From Blastocatellia bacterium (GTDB taxonomy: Bacteria; Acidobacteriota; Blastocatellia; HR10): a stretch of DNA of 64,000 nucleotides. Positions within the stretch are counted from its first letter, which is position 1, and each line of letters starts with the position of its first letter. Under the pieces are notes generated by a model. It searched no databases and was not told the DNA's origin. It saw only the letters and a list, made by a program, of their open reading frames with translations. This document shows, in pieces, positions 39,604 through 49,189 of the stretch. Location of the stretch: assembly GCA_035573895.1 (NCBI GenBank), contig DATLZR010000105.1, forward strand, positions 4,779 through 68,778, given 5' to 3'. The position numbers and the translations under genes were made by a program.

Positions 39604-41441
39604 TTGTCCTGGGGATCAATGCCTATCATGGAGATGCTTCGGCAGCGCTTGTAGCCGATGGCCAATTGATCGCAGCGGCGGAGGAGGAACGCTTCAGCCG
39701 GATCAAACATGCGGCGGGCTTCCCTCGCCAGGCCATCCGGTACTGCCTGAATGCTGCAGGAATTCGAGCACAGGAGATCGCCCATATCGCCATCTCTCGA
39801 CGACCGAGTGCCCATCTCTATCGGAAGATTCTTTACGCGCTGGCGCATCAGCCCGATCATCGGTTTCTGAAGAACCGATTGGCCAATGCCGCCCGTGTGC
39901 GTGACGTGAAACAAGAGCTGGCACTGACGCTGGATCTGTCACCGCGTGAGATTCGAGCGGAGGTCCATCTGGTGGAGCATCACCGCGCTCATCTAGCCAG
40001 TTCGTTCTTCGTCTCCGGATTCGATCAGGCCGCTCTGCTGTCGCTCGACGGATTCGGTGATTTCGTCAGTACGATGTGGGGCGTCGGACGCGATCGAACG
40101 CTCCGCATTGATGGGTACGTGACATTTCCTCACTCCCTCGGCGTGCTGTACACGGCGGTCACGCAATATCTGGGCTTTCCCCGGTACGGCGACGAGTACA
40201 AAGTCATGGGACTGTCAGCCTATGGCGAGCCGATGTACCTCGACGAGTTCCGTCAAATTGTGCGCGATGGTCGAGGATTGGGATTCAGGCTCAATCTCTC
40301 TTACTTCGTTCATCACCGAGAGGGGATTAGCATGACGTGGGACGATGGTGCGCCCACAGTCGACTCGATTTACTCCGACGCCTGGGCCCGGCGGTTCGGC
40401 CCGCCCCGCCTGCCGGGAGATCCGGTGGAGGACCGTCACGCTCATCTCGCCGCTTCACTTCAGGGCGTTTTGGAGGAAGTGATCCTGAATCTTCTGAGGC
40501 GATTGCACGAGCGAACGGGCCTGAAGGACCTTTGTCTGGCCGGGGGCGTCGCCCTCAACTGCGTGGTCAATGGAAAGATTCTGGCCGAGACGCCCTTCGA
40601 GCGCGTTTACATCCAGCCCGCCGCCAATGACGCCGGGACGAGCATTGGAGCGGCCTTCTATGTCTGGCATCAGATTCTGGGTCAGCCGCGCCGATTCAGC
40701 ATGGACCACGCCTACTGGGGACCTGCTTTCAGCGATGAATCCATTCGCCAGGTGCTTGACCGAGCCGGTGTGAGTTATCGTCGCCTGAAGCGAGACGAAC
40801 TCGCCCGGACGGTTGCCGAACGTGTGGCGCGGGGCCAGATCATCGGACTGTTCCAGGGCCGGATGGAATTCGGTCCTCGGGCTCTCGGCAATCGAAGCAT
40901 CCTCGCTGATCCTCGCCGCGCGGAGATGAAAGAGATCTTGAACCGGCGCGTCAAGCACCGAGAGCCGTTCCGCCCGTTCGCCCCGTCCATCCTGCAAGAA
41001 GCGCTCGGCCGCTATTTCGAGCAGACCCATCCCTCGCCCTTCATGCTGATGGCTTACAAAGTGAGACCCGAAAAGCGCGCGGAGATTCCCGCTCCCACGC
41101 ACGTTGATGGAACCGGACGCGTGCAAACGGTCACCCGTGAGGCGAACCCGTTCTTCTGGCAGGTCATTCACTATTTCGAGCGGCTGACCGGAGTCCCCCT
41201 GGTCGTCAACACGTCGTTTAATGAGAACGAGCCCATCGTCTGCACGCCAGATGAGGCAATCGCTTGTTTCCTTCGCACCCGAATGGATGGATTGGCCATC
41301 GGTGACTATTTCGTCGTGAAGAGGGACGGCGACCCTCCGGTCTTCGAAGACTCCCAGGCGAAAGAGTTTGCGCAACGAAGTCGCGGGGACCTTCCCCTTT
41401 GCGAAGAATCACGAAACCGTGCGGTTCAGGGAGAGAGATAG
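39600..41441 (+). CDS. Carbamoyltransferase (NodU/CmcH/TobZ family)
   Basis: [37 protein letters not shown] N-terminal Kae1/YrdC-like domain and C-terminal carbamoyltransferase domain. 613 aa. Confidence 0.85.
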   Translation: [613 protein letters not shown]

Positions 41442-41444
41442 CGA

Positions 41445-42731
41445 ATGCCAAAGCCTGAACTGAATCAGCTTGAGCCGAGGCCGCTGCGGATTCTCGTGCT
41501 GAATCAATACTTCCCCCCGGATACGGCGGCGACGGCGATGATGGCTGCGCGGATTGTACAGCACCTGGCCCGGCGGCATCGGGTGACCGTGATTGCCGGC
41601 CGACCCTCCTACAATCCCACGGACCGCCATGGACTTTATCTCTGGCGGCGAGAGCACCTGGGGTCGGTGACCGTTCTTCGCGTGGGGTCAACAGCATGCT
41701 CGCGTTATCGCATGAGAAATCGGCTGGCGAACTATCTGTCGTATCTCGTGCTGGCCTTCCTGCGAGCCCTTTGGGTGAAGGCGGATGTCATTATTGCCAT
41801 GACTGATCCGCCGATCATCGGTCTTGTAGCCGCTCTGGTCGCCAGGTTTCGCAGATGTCCCTTTGTGTACAATATCCGCGATCTCCACCCTGATATGGCG
41901 CTGGCCAGCGGATTAATCACCCCCGCCTGGTGGGTGACGTTGTGGGAGCGGCTCCATCGGTGGATACTGAAGGAGGCGGCGTGCGTCATCGTCCTCGGCG
42001 AGGATATGCGGCGGCGCGTTCTCTCAAAGGGTGTGACTGCCGACAAGATCGCAGTTGTGCGGGATGGGGCGGAGGTTTCGACGCTCTCCCCGCCGCCGGA
42101 TCATCCGATAGTGCGCGAACTTCGTGCCAATTTCCCTTTCGTTGTCCTTCATGCGGGGAATCTCGGCCATTATGGGGCCTGGGAGACGGTGGTGAAAGCG
42201 GTCAAGCTCCTTGAGGATGAAAACTTAGGGGTGGTCTTCGTCGGAGAAGGAGCAGCGAGAGAGAGGATTCTGACGCTCGCGGGAGGATGTCCGCGAATTC
42301 GATTCTTTCCTTTTCGGCCTGTCGAGGAGGTCCCGTATGTTCTGGCCGCTGGTGATATCCATCTCGTGACGATGCGGCGAGGGTTGGATGGATTGGTCGT
42401 GCCGAGCAAGTTCTATGGGATTGTGGCCGCCGGGCGACCCGTGCTGGCTGTTGTGCCCCGAACAAGCGACATTGCCCGGATCGTCGAGCAATCCGGCTGT
42501 GGGATTGTGGTTGATCCCGAGGATCCTTCTTCCCTTGCTGCCGTGATTCGTGATCTTCTTCATCATCCAGAGCGGGTGGACGAGATGGCTCGTTGCGCCC
42601 GAGTCATCGCCCCCCAATTCATCCTGGATCATCATCTGGAGCGCTTTGTTTTCCTGATCGAACAGATCGCACGGGCGACATCTCATGCACAGGAGGTAAC
42701 ACCATGTGGTATCAACGGAATGTTCTCGTGA
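41445..42731 (+). CDS. Glycosyltransferase family 4 (WcaI-like)
   Basis: RILVLNQYFPPDTAATAMMAARI N-terminus is typical of the WcaI-like GT4_N domain. Confidence 0.8.
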   Translation: MPKPELNQLEPRPLRILVLNQYFPPDTAATAMMAARIVQHLARRHRVTVIAGRPSYNPTDRHGLYLWRREHLGSVTVLRVGSTACSRYRMRNRLANYLSYLVLAFLRALWVKADVIIAMTDPPIIGLVAALVARFRRCPFVYNIRDLHPDMALASGLITPAWWVTLWERLHRWILKEAACVIVLGEDMRRRVLSKGVTADKIAVVRDGAEVSTLSPPPDHPIVRELRANFPFVVLHAGNLGHYGAWETVVKAVKLLEDENLGVVFVGEGAARERILTLAGGCPRIRFFPFRPVEEVPYVLAAGDIHLVTMRRGLDGLVVPSKFYGIVAAGRPVLAVVPRTSDIARIVEQSGCGIVVDPEDPSSLAAVIRDLLHHPERVDEMARCARVIAPQFILDHHLERFVFLIEQIARATSHAQEVTPCGINGMFS

Positions 42732-43798
42732 CCGGAGGTGCATCCTTCATTGGCTCCCATCTGGTTGACGCGCTGATTGACAGGGGAGCCTGCGTTCGCG
42801 TGGTTGATGATCTCTCCAGCGGAAAGATCGAGAATCTCCATCATCACATCCGTACCGGACGAATCGAGTTCATTCACGCTGATCTTCGTGAACCGGGAGT
42901 TGCTCGGTTGGCTGTCCGGGATATGGACACGGTCTTTCATCTGGCGGCGGATCATGGCGGACGAGGCTATGTAGAGCTCCGGCAGGCGGGACCCGCCTCG
43001 AATCTCCTGCTCGATGGCCTCGTTTTCTGGGAAGCTCTGCGAGCGCGGGTCGAGAAAGTGGTCTACGCTTCGTCGGGTTGCGTTTATCCCAATTACATGC
43101 AGAGCGATCCGAACGAGGTTCTTTATCTGAGCGAAGATCTGGTCTCGAGCCCCTACGATGCCGACAACATGTACGGATGGGCCAAGCTCATGGGTGAGCT
43201 GACGTTGCGGGCTTATTGTCAGGAATATGGATTGAAGGCCGTTTCCTGCCGATATTTCACCGTCTATGGGCCTCGTGGTGTGGAGAATCACGCCGTCATG
43301 GCCATGATTGCGCGCGCCTTTATCGGCCAGGACCCGTTTGAGGTGTGGGGCGACGGCAACCAGGTGCGGAACTGGACCTACGTGGACGACATCGTCCGGG
43401 GAACGATCCTGGCTGCCGAACGCATTGATGACGGGACAGCAATCAACCTTGGGACGATGGAGCGCATCCGGGTCATTGATGCTGTTCTGTTGACGCTGGA
43501 GTACACGGGGCATCGGGCCACTCTTCGATTTCGACCGGAAATGCCAACAGGACCCCTCAATCGTGTGGCCGATAATCACCTGGCCAGGGAACTGCTGGGG
43601 TGGGAACCTGAAGTGTGCTTCCGCGAAGGCCTGAGGCGAACGATCGAGTGGTACTACGCCACCAAGGATCGTGAGCAAGTGCGCGCAATGCTCGATCGCC
43701 TGCTTCTTGACCGAAAGCCTAGTGGGGGAGAGATACTCTCCTGGAATAATCCCCAGCCATTGGTTGCCCCCTACCGGTGGTCTCATCCGACGGGTTGA
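42704..43798 (+). CDS. NAD-dependent epimerase/dehydratase (GDP-sugar-modifying SDR)
   Basis: VLVTGGASFIGSHLVDAL Rossmann motif. YGWAK catalytic motif. AGGAGG RBS before the ATG at 42704. Overlaps the upstream GT by 28 nt. Confidence 0.8.
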   Translation: MWYQRNVLVTGGASFIGSHLVDALIDRGACVRVVDDLSSGKIENLHHHIRTGRIEFIHADLREPGVARLAVRDMDTVFHLAADHGGRGYVELRQAGPASNLLLDGLVFWEALRARVEKVVYASSGCVYPNYMQSDPNEVLYLSEDLVSSPYDADNMYGWAKLMGELTLRAYCQEYGLKAVSCRYFTVYGPRGVENHAVMAMIARAFIGQDPFEVWGDGNQVRNWTYVDDIVRGTILAAERIDDGTAINLGTMERIRVIDAVLLTLEYTGHRATLRFRPEMPTGPLNRVADNHLARELLGWEPEVCFREGLRRTIEWYYATKDREQVRAMLDRLLLDRKPSGGEILSWNNPQPLVAPYRWSHPTG

Positions 43799-43849
43799 AA
43801 CGACTCCGGGAATGGCTTGGGATAGCCGGGAACGCTGAGGAGGTCGCGC

Positions 43850-45079
43850 GTGCACGCTCAGAGAGCGTCGGAGCAACCGGTGACCGGATTCGCTCGGTCC
43901 TTATGCAGCCGTCCGATGGATGCTCGAACCATCCCTGACGCCGGGCCGCTCCATGTCGTGCTCAATGCGACGGCAGAAGAGCTGAAGTCAGTCGGAGGAG
44001 ATTATTCGCTCTACCGTAACTGGCTGAAGCTCACGACCGACACCCTGCGGTTTCATCTCCTTCCGTCACATCGGGTGCGACGTCACCATCTGATCATGCG
44101 CACGATTGTGGAAAAACTCTGTTATCGCTGGCAACCGGAAAAGGTGCGACGGACCCTGTTTCTCGCCTCACGCCTTATTTCTCTTCCCGGTCCAGCTCTT
44201 GAGCGGGCGGATGTCCTGCTCTCGCATATTCTCTTCCCCTGGGTGTCAGGGGCCTCATCGCCTCCGATCATCTGGAGCACGCAGGGGCTGTCCCCGGCCG
44301 TCTACTACGATCGCTACAATGGCCGGCGATGGACCGTGGAGGACGTCATTCACCTGTTTCGTGTTCTGGGCCGCCGGGCTGATGCCCTGCTGATCTCGAC
44401 CGAGACGTGCGCTCGAAATCTTTTCTCCGTGTGTCCCGAACTTGAGGAGAAAACCTTCCTGGCTCCGGCTCCGGTATTCCCTCGCAGCGAAAGCCTGCCC
44501 CTCAAGCCTTCGCTGGAGGATGGGGTGATACGTCTGCTTTTCGTCGGTGTGAATGCGCAACTCAAGGGATTGCCGGAAGTCATCGAGGCATATCGTCATA
44601 TCAGGCGCCGGTATCCTCAGATGCGGCTGGACATCGTCAGCCGCCCACCAGCCCCGTTGCGAAGGCAGATCGAAACCCTTTCCGGAGTTCGCCTCTGGCC
44701 TCTGCTTGCTCATGATGAGGTTATGGCATTGATGGCTCAAGCGGACATCTTTGTCCTGCCGACCCATGCCGATACCTATGCCCTTTCGGCTGTTGAGGCA
44801 ATGGCCCACGGCGCGGCCATCATCATCTCTGATCTCGATCCTCTGCCGGAAATCTGTCCTCCGGGCGAAGTGGGTTTCACAGTTCCGGCGGGAGATGCGG
44901 TAACACTGATCGAGAAAATCGAAGCCCTCGTCGCCAACCCCGAGCGGCTGAGACAATTCCAGGGGAACGCGCGCCGGCGATACGAGCGCGTGCATCATCC
45001 GACGGTCGTAGCCGAGCGCCTCCAGTGGATCATCGAGAGAGTTAGCCGTGAAACAAAAACGAGTCTACGTCGCCGGTGA
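43850..45079 (+). CDS. Glycosyltransferase family 4
   Basis: GT4 C-terminal domain (…LLFVGVNAQLKGLPEVIEAY…THADTYALSAVEAMAHGAAII…). The N-terminal boundary is uncertain. Confidence 0.7.
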   Translation: MHAQRASEQPVTGFARSLCSRPMDARTIPDAGPLHVVLNATAEELKSVGGDYSLYRNWLKLTTDTLRFHLLPSHRVRRHHLIMRTIVEKLCYRWQPEKVRRTLFLASRLISLPGPALERADVLLSHILFPWVSGASSPPIIWSTQGLSPAVYYDRYNGRRWTVEDVIHLFRVLGRRADALLISTETCARNLFSVCPELEEKTFLAPAPVFPRSESLPLKPSLEDGVIRLLFVGVNAQLKGLPEVIEAYRHIRRRYPQMRLDIVSRPPAPLRRQIETLSGVRLWPLLAHDEVMALMAQADIFVLPTHADTYALSAVEAMAHGAAIIISDLDPLPEICPPGEVGFTVPAGDAVTLIEKIEALVANPERLRQFQGNARRRYERVHHPTVVAERLQWIIERVSRETKTSLRRR

Positions 45080-46070
45080 GGTGATCACAGGCAGGCTTAT
45101 CGAGCGAGTGCGCGATGCCTTTGCCTTCATCGGAGGAGAACAGATTATTCCGATAGGAGCGACCGTCTTCCTCAAACCGAATCTGACTTCACCCGGACCG
45201 ACACCCGGGGTCACCACCCGTCCGGAGTTCATCGCGGCTGTGGTCGAAGTCCTCCGAGAAAGGACGAATCGTATCATCATCGGCGAATCCGATGGCGGTT
45301 ATCACAGCTTTCGTGCAGAGGAAGCCTTTGCCGGACACGGGCTGTACGAGCTGGCGAGACGGTTCGATGTCCGCCTGGTTAACCTCAGCCGAGAACCGAC
45401 GGTCATCGCGGAAACGATCGTCCGGGGAAAGTGCGTGAACGTCGAACTTCCTGCTCTTCTTGTTGGCGGCGTGGATGTTTTCATCAGTCTGCCGGTACCC
45501 AAAGTTCATGCGATGACGGGAGTGAGCCTGGCGCTGAAAAACCAGTGGGGATGCCTCCCGTCGCCCATGCGCCTGCGCTACCATCCCCAATTCACCGAAA
45601 TGATTGTGGCAATCCATAAGATTTTGCGACCACAAGCGGCATTCTACGACGGCATGTATTTTCTTGACCGATCAGGCCCGCTTGTGGGAATGCCGGTGTC
45701 AATGAATCTGCTTGTGGCCGCCAATGATCTCGGGGCTGGCGATCTCGTCTGCTCTCGGATCATGAACATTGATCTGCGGTCCCTCTGGGCCTATCGTGTG
45801 GCCTGGAAAGATGGAGTCTTTCCTGAGTCCTTCGAGGACCTTCATCTCAACCAGGGGATTGACCGGTTTCGCCATCATCGGTTTCGTCTGGAGCGAACGA
45901 TCCATCAGTGGATCACGCTGGCGGCTTTCCGCACTCGGCTCGGCACGCGGCTTATTTATGACTCGATGCTAGCCGAACCGTTGCACCGGTTGTACTACCG
46001 CCTCCGCCGGATCCCTGTCGTCCGTCGAGTCCTTTTCGAGGATCTGGAGATGTTGCCGGACGAAAAATAA
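45048..46070 (+). CDS. DUF362 domain protein
   Basis: VFLKPNL...GESDGG... DUF362 core. GTG start with a GAGAGAG RBS. Overlaps the upstream GT4 by 32 nt. Confidence 0.65.
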   Translation: MKQKRVYVAGEVITGRLIERVRDAFAFIGGEQIIPIGATVFLKPNLTSPGPTPGVTTRPEFIAAVVEVLRERTNRIIIGESDGGYHSFRAEEAFAGHGLYELARRFDVRLVNLSREPTVIAETIVRGKCVNVELPALLVGGVDVFISLPVPKVHAMTGVSLALKNQWGCLPSPMRLRYHPQFTEMIVAIHKILRPQAAFYDGMYFLDRSGPLVGMPVSMNLLVAANDLGAGDLVCSRIMNIDLRSLWAYRVAWKDGVFPESFEDLHLNQGIDRFRHHRFRLERTIHQWITLAAFRTRLGTRLIYDSMLAEPLHRLYYRLRRIPVVRRVLFEDLEMLPDEK

Positions 46071-46084
46071 TAGTGTCCTCGGGA

Positions 46085-46114
46085 TTGATTTTTTAGTCAT
46101 GTCTTATCTAAAAT
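46085..46114 (+). promoter_or_regulatory. Candidate promoter (TTGATT-18-TAAAAT) in an AT-rich island
   Basis: TTGATT at 46085-46090 and TAAAAT at 46109-46114, inside an unusually AT-rich ~120-bp stretch (46080-46200) of this GC-rich genome. Confidence 0.35.
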
Positions 46115-46473
46115 ACTCCGCCTTTTTGTTAAAAATACGGTGGTTGACCGGTTGATCCGTGTGCTGAAAGAGGGGCATACTATAGCGACAAATATGGAAG
46201 TTAAGAAGCAAGCTTGGATATCGTCTGGGGCAAGCCGATAAATAGTCAGTGTTAGCGAGGGGCGTGTGTGAGCTCACGTTCGCTACGAGAGGGGGGCAAA
46301 CAGGGGCAGCGCCCGCGTGAGGGCTGGTTCACAATCGCCCTCTATCGGGCGCTCCCCAAAATTTCCCTGGAATCTATCAGGTCGTAGGGCGACACGAAAC
46401 CAGCGCCACGCGGGGGAGCTTCCGTGCCGATGGAATCGCTCGGGCGCAAGAGCCTACCACAAAGGATGAAAAC

Positions 46474-46550
46474 CTGAGAGCGCTCGCATCTTGCGGGCAT
46501 CTTTCGGAAACAAAAGAGCAGGCAAGATGCCCTGGCTCTCAGCGCTTTTC
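46474..46550 (+). promoter_or_regulatory. Structured 5' leader with alternative hairpins and a terminator-like stem ending just before the RBS of the UXS-like gene (candidate attenuator/riboswitch)
   Basis: Outer stem CTGAGAGC (46474-81) pairs with GCTCTCAG (46535-42), followed by CGCTTTTC. The inner 3' strand GCAAGATGCCC (46522-32) can pair with either GCATCTTGC (46486-94) or GGGCATCTT (46495-503), which are mutually exclusive 9-bp stems. The GGAGGAGG RBS follows at 46551. Confidence 0.4.
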
Positions 46551-46567
46551 GGAGGAGGATGCCGGAT

Positions 46568-47581
46568 ATGAGATGCTTAATCACGGGGGGAGCCGGTTTC
46601 ATCGGTTCTCATCTTGCGGAACAACTTCTCGTCGAGGGCGAGGAAGTCACGATCATTGACGATCTTTCGACGGGAAGCATTAAGAATATCGAGCATCTGA
46701 AATCAGATTTTCGCTTTCGTTATGTGATTGATACCGTCCTCAATCGGTCCCTCATGACCGAATTGATTGACTGGGCGGACGTGGTCTTTCATCTGGCAGC
46801 CGCCGTGGGGGTCAAACTGATCATCGAAAGCCCCACGCGGGCTATCGAGACCAATATTAAAACGACCGAAGTCGTCTTGGAGCTGGCGGCGCGAAAGAAA
46901 AAGAAGGTGCTGATCACCTCGACCAGCGAAGTTTATGGCAAGACGCATAAGATTCCGTTCCGGGAAGACGACGATATGGTACTCGGATCCACGGCCCGGT
47001 CCCGGTGGAGTTATGCTTGCTCAAAGGCGATCGAAGAGTTTCTCGCTCTCGCTTACTGGAAAGAACGGGGGCTCCCGGTCGTCATCGTTCGGTTGTTTAA
47101 TACTGTCGGTCCCCGACAAACAGACCGGTACGGGATGGTCATTCCGACGTTTGTTCGCCAGGCCCTGCGGGGCGAGCCGATCACCGTCTATGGCGACGGA
47201 ACTCAAACGCGATGTTTCTCCTGGGTGGGCGATGTCGTACAGGCCCTGGCTCAACTGATTCGTCATCCGGGTGCCGTCGGGGAGATCATCAATGTCGGCA
47301 GCGATGAGGAAGTCCGGGTTCTGGATGTCGCTCATCTGGTCAAGCGCATCACCCGCAGTCCGTCGGAGATCGTCCTCATTCCCTATGACTGCGCCTACGG
47401 AGATGGATTCGAGGACATGTCTCGGCGCGTTCCGGATCTGACCAAGATCAGATCGCTCATCGGATACAGACCGACCATGACCCTGCCCCAAATCATAGCT
47501 CGGGTCGTCGCTTACTATAAGGAAAAGGAGGCCGACTTGCTTCACGTTGGCTACGGCAGCAATTTGAAAAAATACGCCTAA
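46568..47581 (+). CDS. UDP-glucuronate decarboxylase (UXS)-like / NAD-dependent epimerase-dehydratase
   Basis: ITGGAGFIGSHL, YACSK catalytic motif, ~337 aa. GGAGGAGG RBS 9 nt before the ATG at 46568. Confidence 0.8.
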   Translation: MRCLITGGAGFIGSHLAEQLLVEGEEVTIIDDLSTGSIKNIEHLKSDFRFRYVIDTVLNRSLMTELIDWADVVFHLAAAVGVKLIIESPTRAIETNIKTTEVVLELAARKKKKVLITSTSEVYGKTHKIPFREDDDMVLGSTARSRWSYACSKAIEEFLALAYWKERGLPVVIVRLFNTVGPRQTDRYGMVIPTFVRQALRGEPITVYGDGTQTRCFSWVGDVVQALAQLIRHPGAVGEIINVGSDEEVRVLDVAHLVKRITRSPSEIVLIPYDCAYGDGFEDMSRRVPDLTKIRSLIGYRPTMTLPQIIARVVAYYKEKEADLLHVGYGSNLKKYA

Positions 47582-47701
47582 GGGTTGTGCTTTTGCTTTT
47601 TTTCCGGCCAACTTCGGTCGGATTCGAACCTCGATTCTGGTGCGAGAGGCCTCTATCGGTGATCCGCTGACAGCTCCATTGTGTGTGTAATGAGTTTCGT
47701 C

Positions 47702-47730
47702 TTGACAGTTGGCGATGAGCTCTTTATTCT
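47702..47730 (+). promoter_or_regulatory. Candidate sigma70 promoter TTGACA-17-TATTCT
   Basis: TTGACA at 47702-47707 and TATTCT at 47725-47730, ~180 nt upstream of the beta-helix gene. Confidence 0.4.
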
Positions 47731-47908
47731 GCGTTGTCGAACCGCCGGGGTAATGGCCCCTTGATCTTTGAAAAGGTACGGCTCGCATCAGAGGACTGAA
47801 ACGACAGGGACCAATCAAGCGATTTTCCAGTTGACGCCACGTGTTCCCGCTGTTCTGAATTTGTGTGAACAAGCGCACTCATGCGAGTTCTCGTAAGGAG
47901 GTGAGACC

Positions 47909-49168
47909 ATGTTCAGGAAGATGTTCACGCTCGCGTTCATGCTCTGGCTGGTGATGTTTCTCATCACCCCGGGCCAGGTATTGACTCAAGGATCCGGACG
48001 CGTTTTCAATCGGCGGACGCGAACGGTTTTCTCCTCGATCAATGAAGCGCTGGCGGCTTCTCGGGGTGGCGATGTCCTTCTCGTCGCCGGGAGGTTGGAA
48101 GAAGCCGTTAACCTGTCACTTGCCCCCGGAGCGATCACCATTGTGGGACAGTCGAATCCCCTGGGCTCAGCGACCATCTCCGTTCCAAGCTGCCCGGCGA
48201 ATGAGGCGGTCATTGATGCAAGCAGTCGCAACGGTCGTGTTCTGCTTATTGGACTTACCATCGAGGTTCCGGAAAACTGCATCGGCATTCTCAGCAACGC
48301 CAATCTCGGGACAGGTGATGGAAAACCTCTGACGGTGCGCGGCTGTCGCATCCGGGGGACTTCTCCCTCAGCTCACCTCAAAGGAGGAATCGCGCTGTTT
48401 GACGAGTCGGGGGGACCCTATCTCTTTTTGAATAACACGATCTCACGCGGCCACTTTGACTTTGGCATTATCGTTGATGGGGACATCCTCGACAGTCTTC
48501 AGGCTACCATTCGAAATAATGACATTGGTGGGCGCGACACGGTAGTCGGCGCAGGCATTGTTATAACCGACATTCTCGACTCCGCAACGGTCGTCGTGGA
48601 CCGCAATAGGATTGATGGCGGCGGCCCGTCGGTGGGAAGCATGGTCGGGATCGCGCTCGGTTGGGGCGATGACAACGTCGGAGGACAGGCGGTTACCGTC
48701 CAACGAAACACGGTCATCAACTTCTCCAACCCCAGCGTTCCGGGACGCGGTATCGTCGTGGATGGTTCACCCGGGGCGAAAATTTTGGCCAATGTTATCC
48801 GGGATAATTTTCTCGGCATCGTCGTTGATCCCGGGCACGATAGCAGTGAAACGCCCGTGATTAACAACAACAACATCACCTGCAGTAACCTCGCTGCTTG
48901 CAAGGCCGCCGGGTACAAGGGACTCTTTTTCGGATCAGCTGGGTACGCACTTGATGCGCGAAACAATTACTGGGGGGCCAATACAGGACCTGATTCCACT
49001 GATGCGGGAGCCATTTGTCCCGAAGCCACCGGATCCCGGTGCAACGGTCCTGGTGGCGGTGGTAGCGGGCTCCCTATTGATGCCATAAACGTTGACTGCG
49101 GAACGAGTCAGGGGCAGGTAATGGTGTGTCCCTTCCGGACGTCGCCCAATAGTAACGCCGGAGCGTGA
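47909..49168 (+). CDS. Secreted right-handed parallel beta-helix repeat protein (pectate-lyase fold; putative polysaccharide lyase/epimerase/depolymerase)
   Basis: Signal peptide MFRKMFTLAFMLWLVMFLITPGQVLTQG. Repeated NN(D/T)I.G...G(I/V) beta-helix rungs. C-terminal NNYWG motif. Confidence 0.65.
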   Translation: MFRKMFTLAFMLWLVMFLITPGQVLTQGSGRVFNRRTRTVFSSINEALAASRGGDVLLVAGRLEEAVNLSLAPGAITIVGQSNPLGSATISVPSCPANEAVIDASSRNGRVLLIGLTIEVPENCIGILSNANLGTGDGKPLTVRGCRIRGTSPSAHLKGGIALFDESGGPYLFLNNTISRGHFDFGIIVDGDILDSLQATIRNNDIGGRDTVVGAGIVITDILDSATVVVDRNRIDGGGPSVGSMVGIALGWGDDNVGGQAVTVQRNTVINFSNPSVPGRGIVVDGSPGAKILANVIRDNFLGIVVDPGHDSSETPVINNNNITCSNLAACKAAGYKGLFFGSAGYALDARNNYWGANTGPDSTDAGAICPEATGSRCNGPGGGGSGLPIDAINVDCGTSQGQVMVCPFRTSPNSNAGA

Positions 49169-49170
49169 AA

Positions 49171-49189
49171 CGCGATAAAATCTATCGCG
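49171..49189 (+). terminator. Perfect 7-bp hairpin immediately after the beta-helix gene stop (terminator-like, no U-tract)
   Basis: CGCGATA-aaatc-TATCGCG begins 3 nt after the TGA at 49166-49168. It is followed by GTGAACC rather than a T-run. Confidence 0.3.

Noticed and set aside
46194-46241. 15-codon mini-ORF MEVKKQAWISSGASR in the AT-rich leader, a possible leader peptide
   Set aside because: No appropriately spaced RBS and no regulatory codon bias, so it cannot be supported from sequence alone.
47621-47631. GGATTCGAACC, the reverse complement of the tRNA T-loop consensus GGTTCGAATCC, suggesting a minus-strand tRNA or tRNA-fragment att site
   Set aside because: Flanking bases cannot form a 5-bp T-stem, acceptor stem or any other tRNA arm. 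No integrase or other island signature lies nearby, so it is treated as coincidence.
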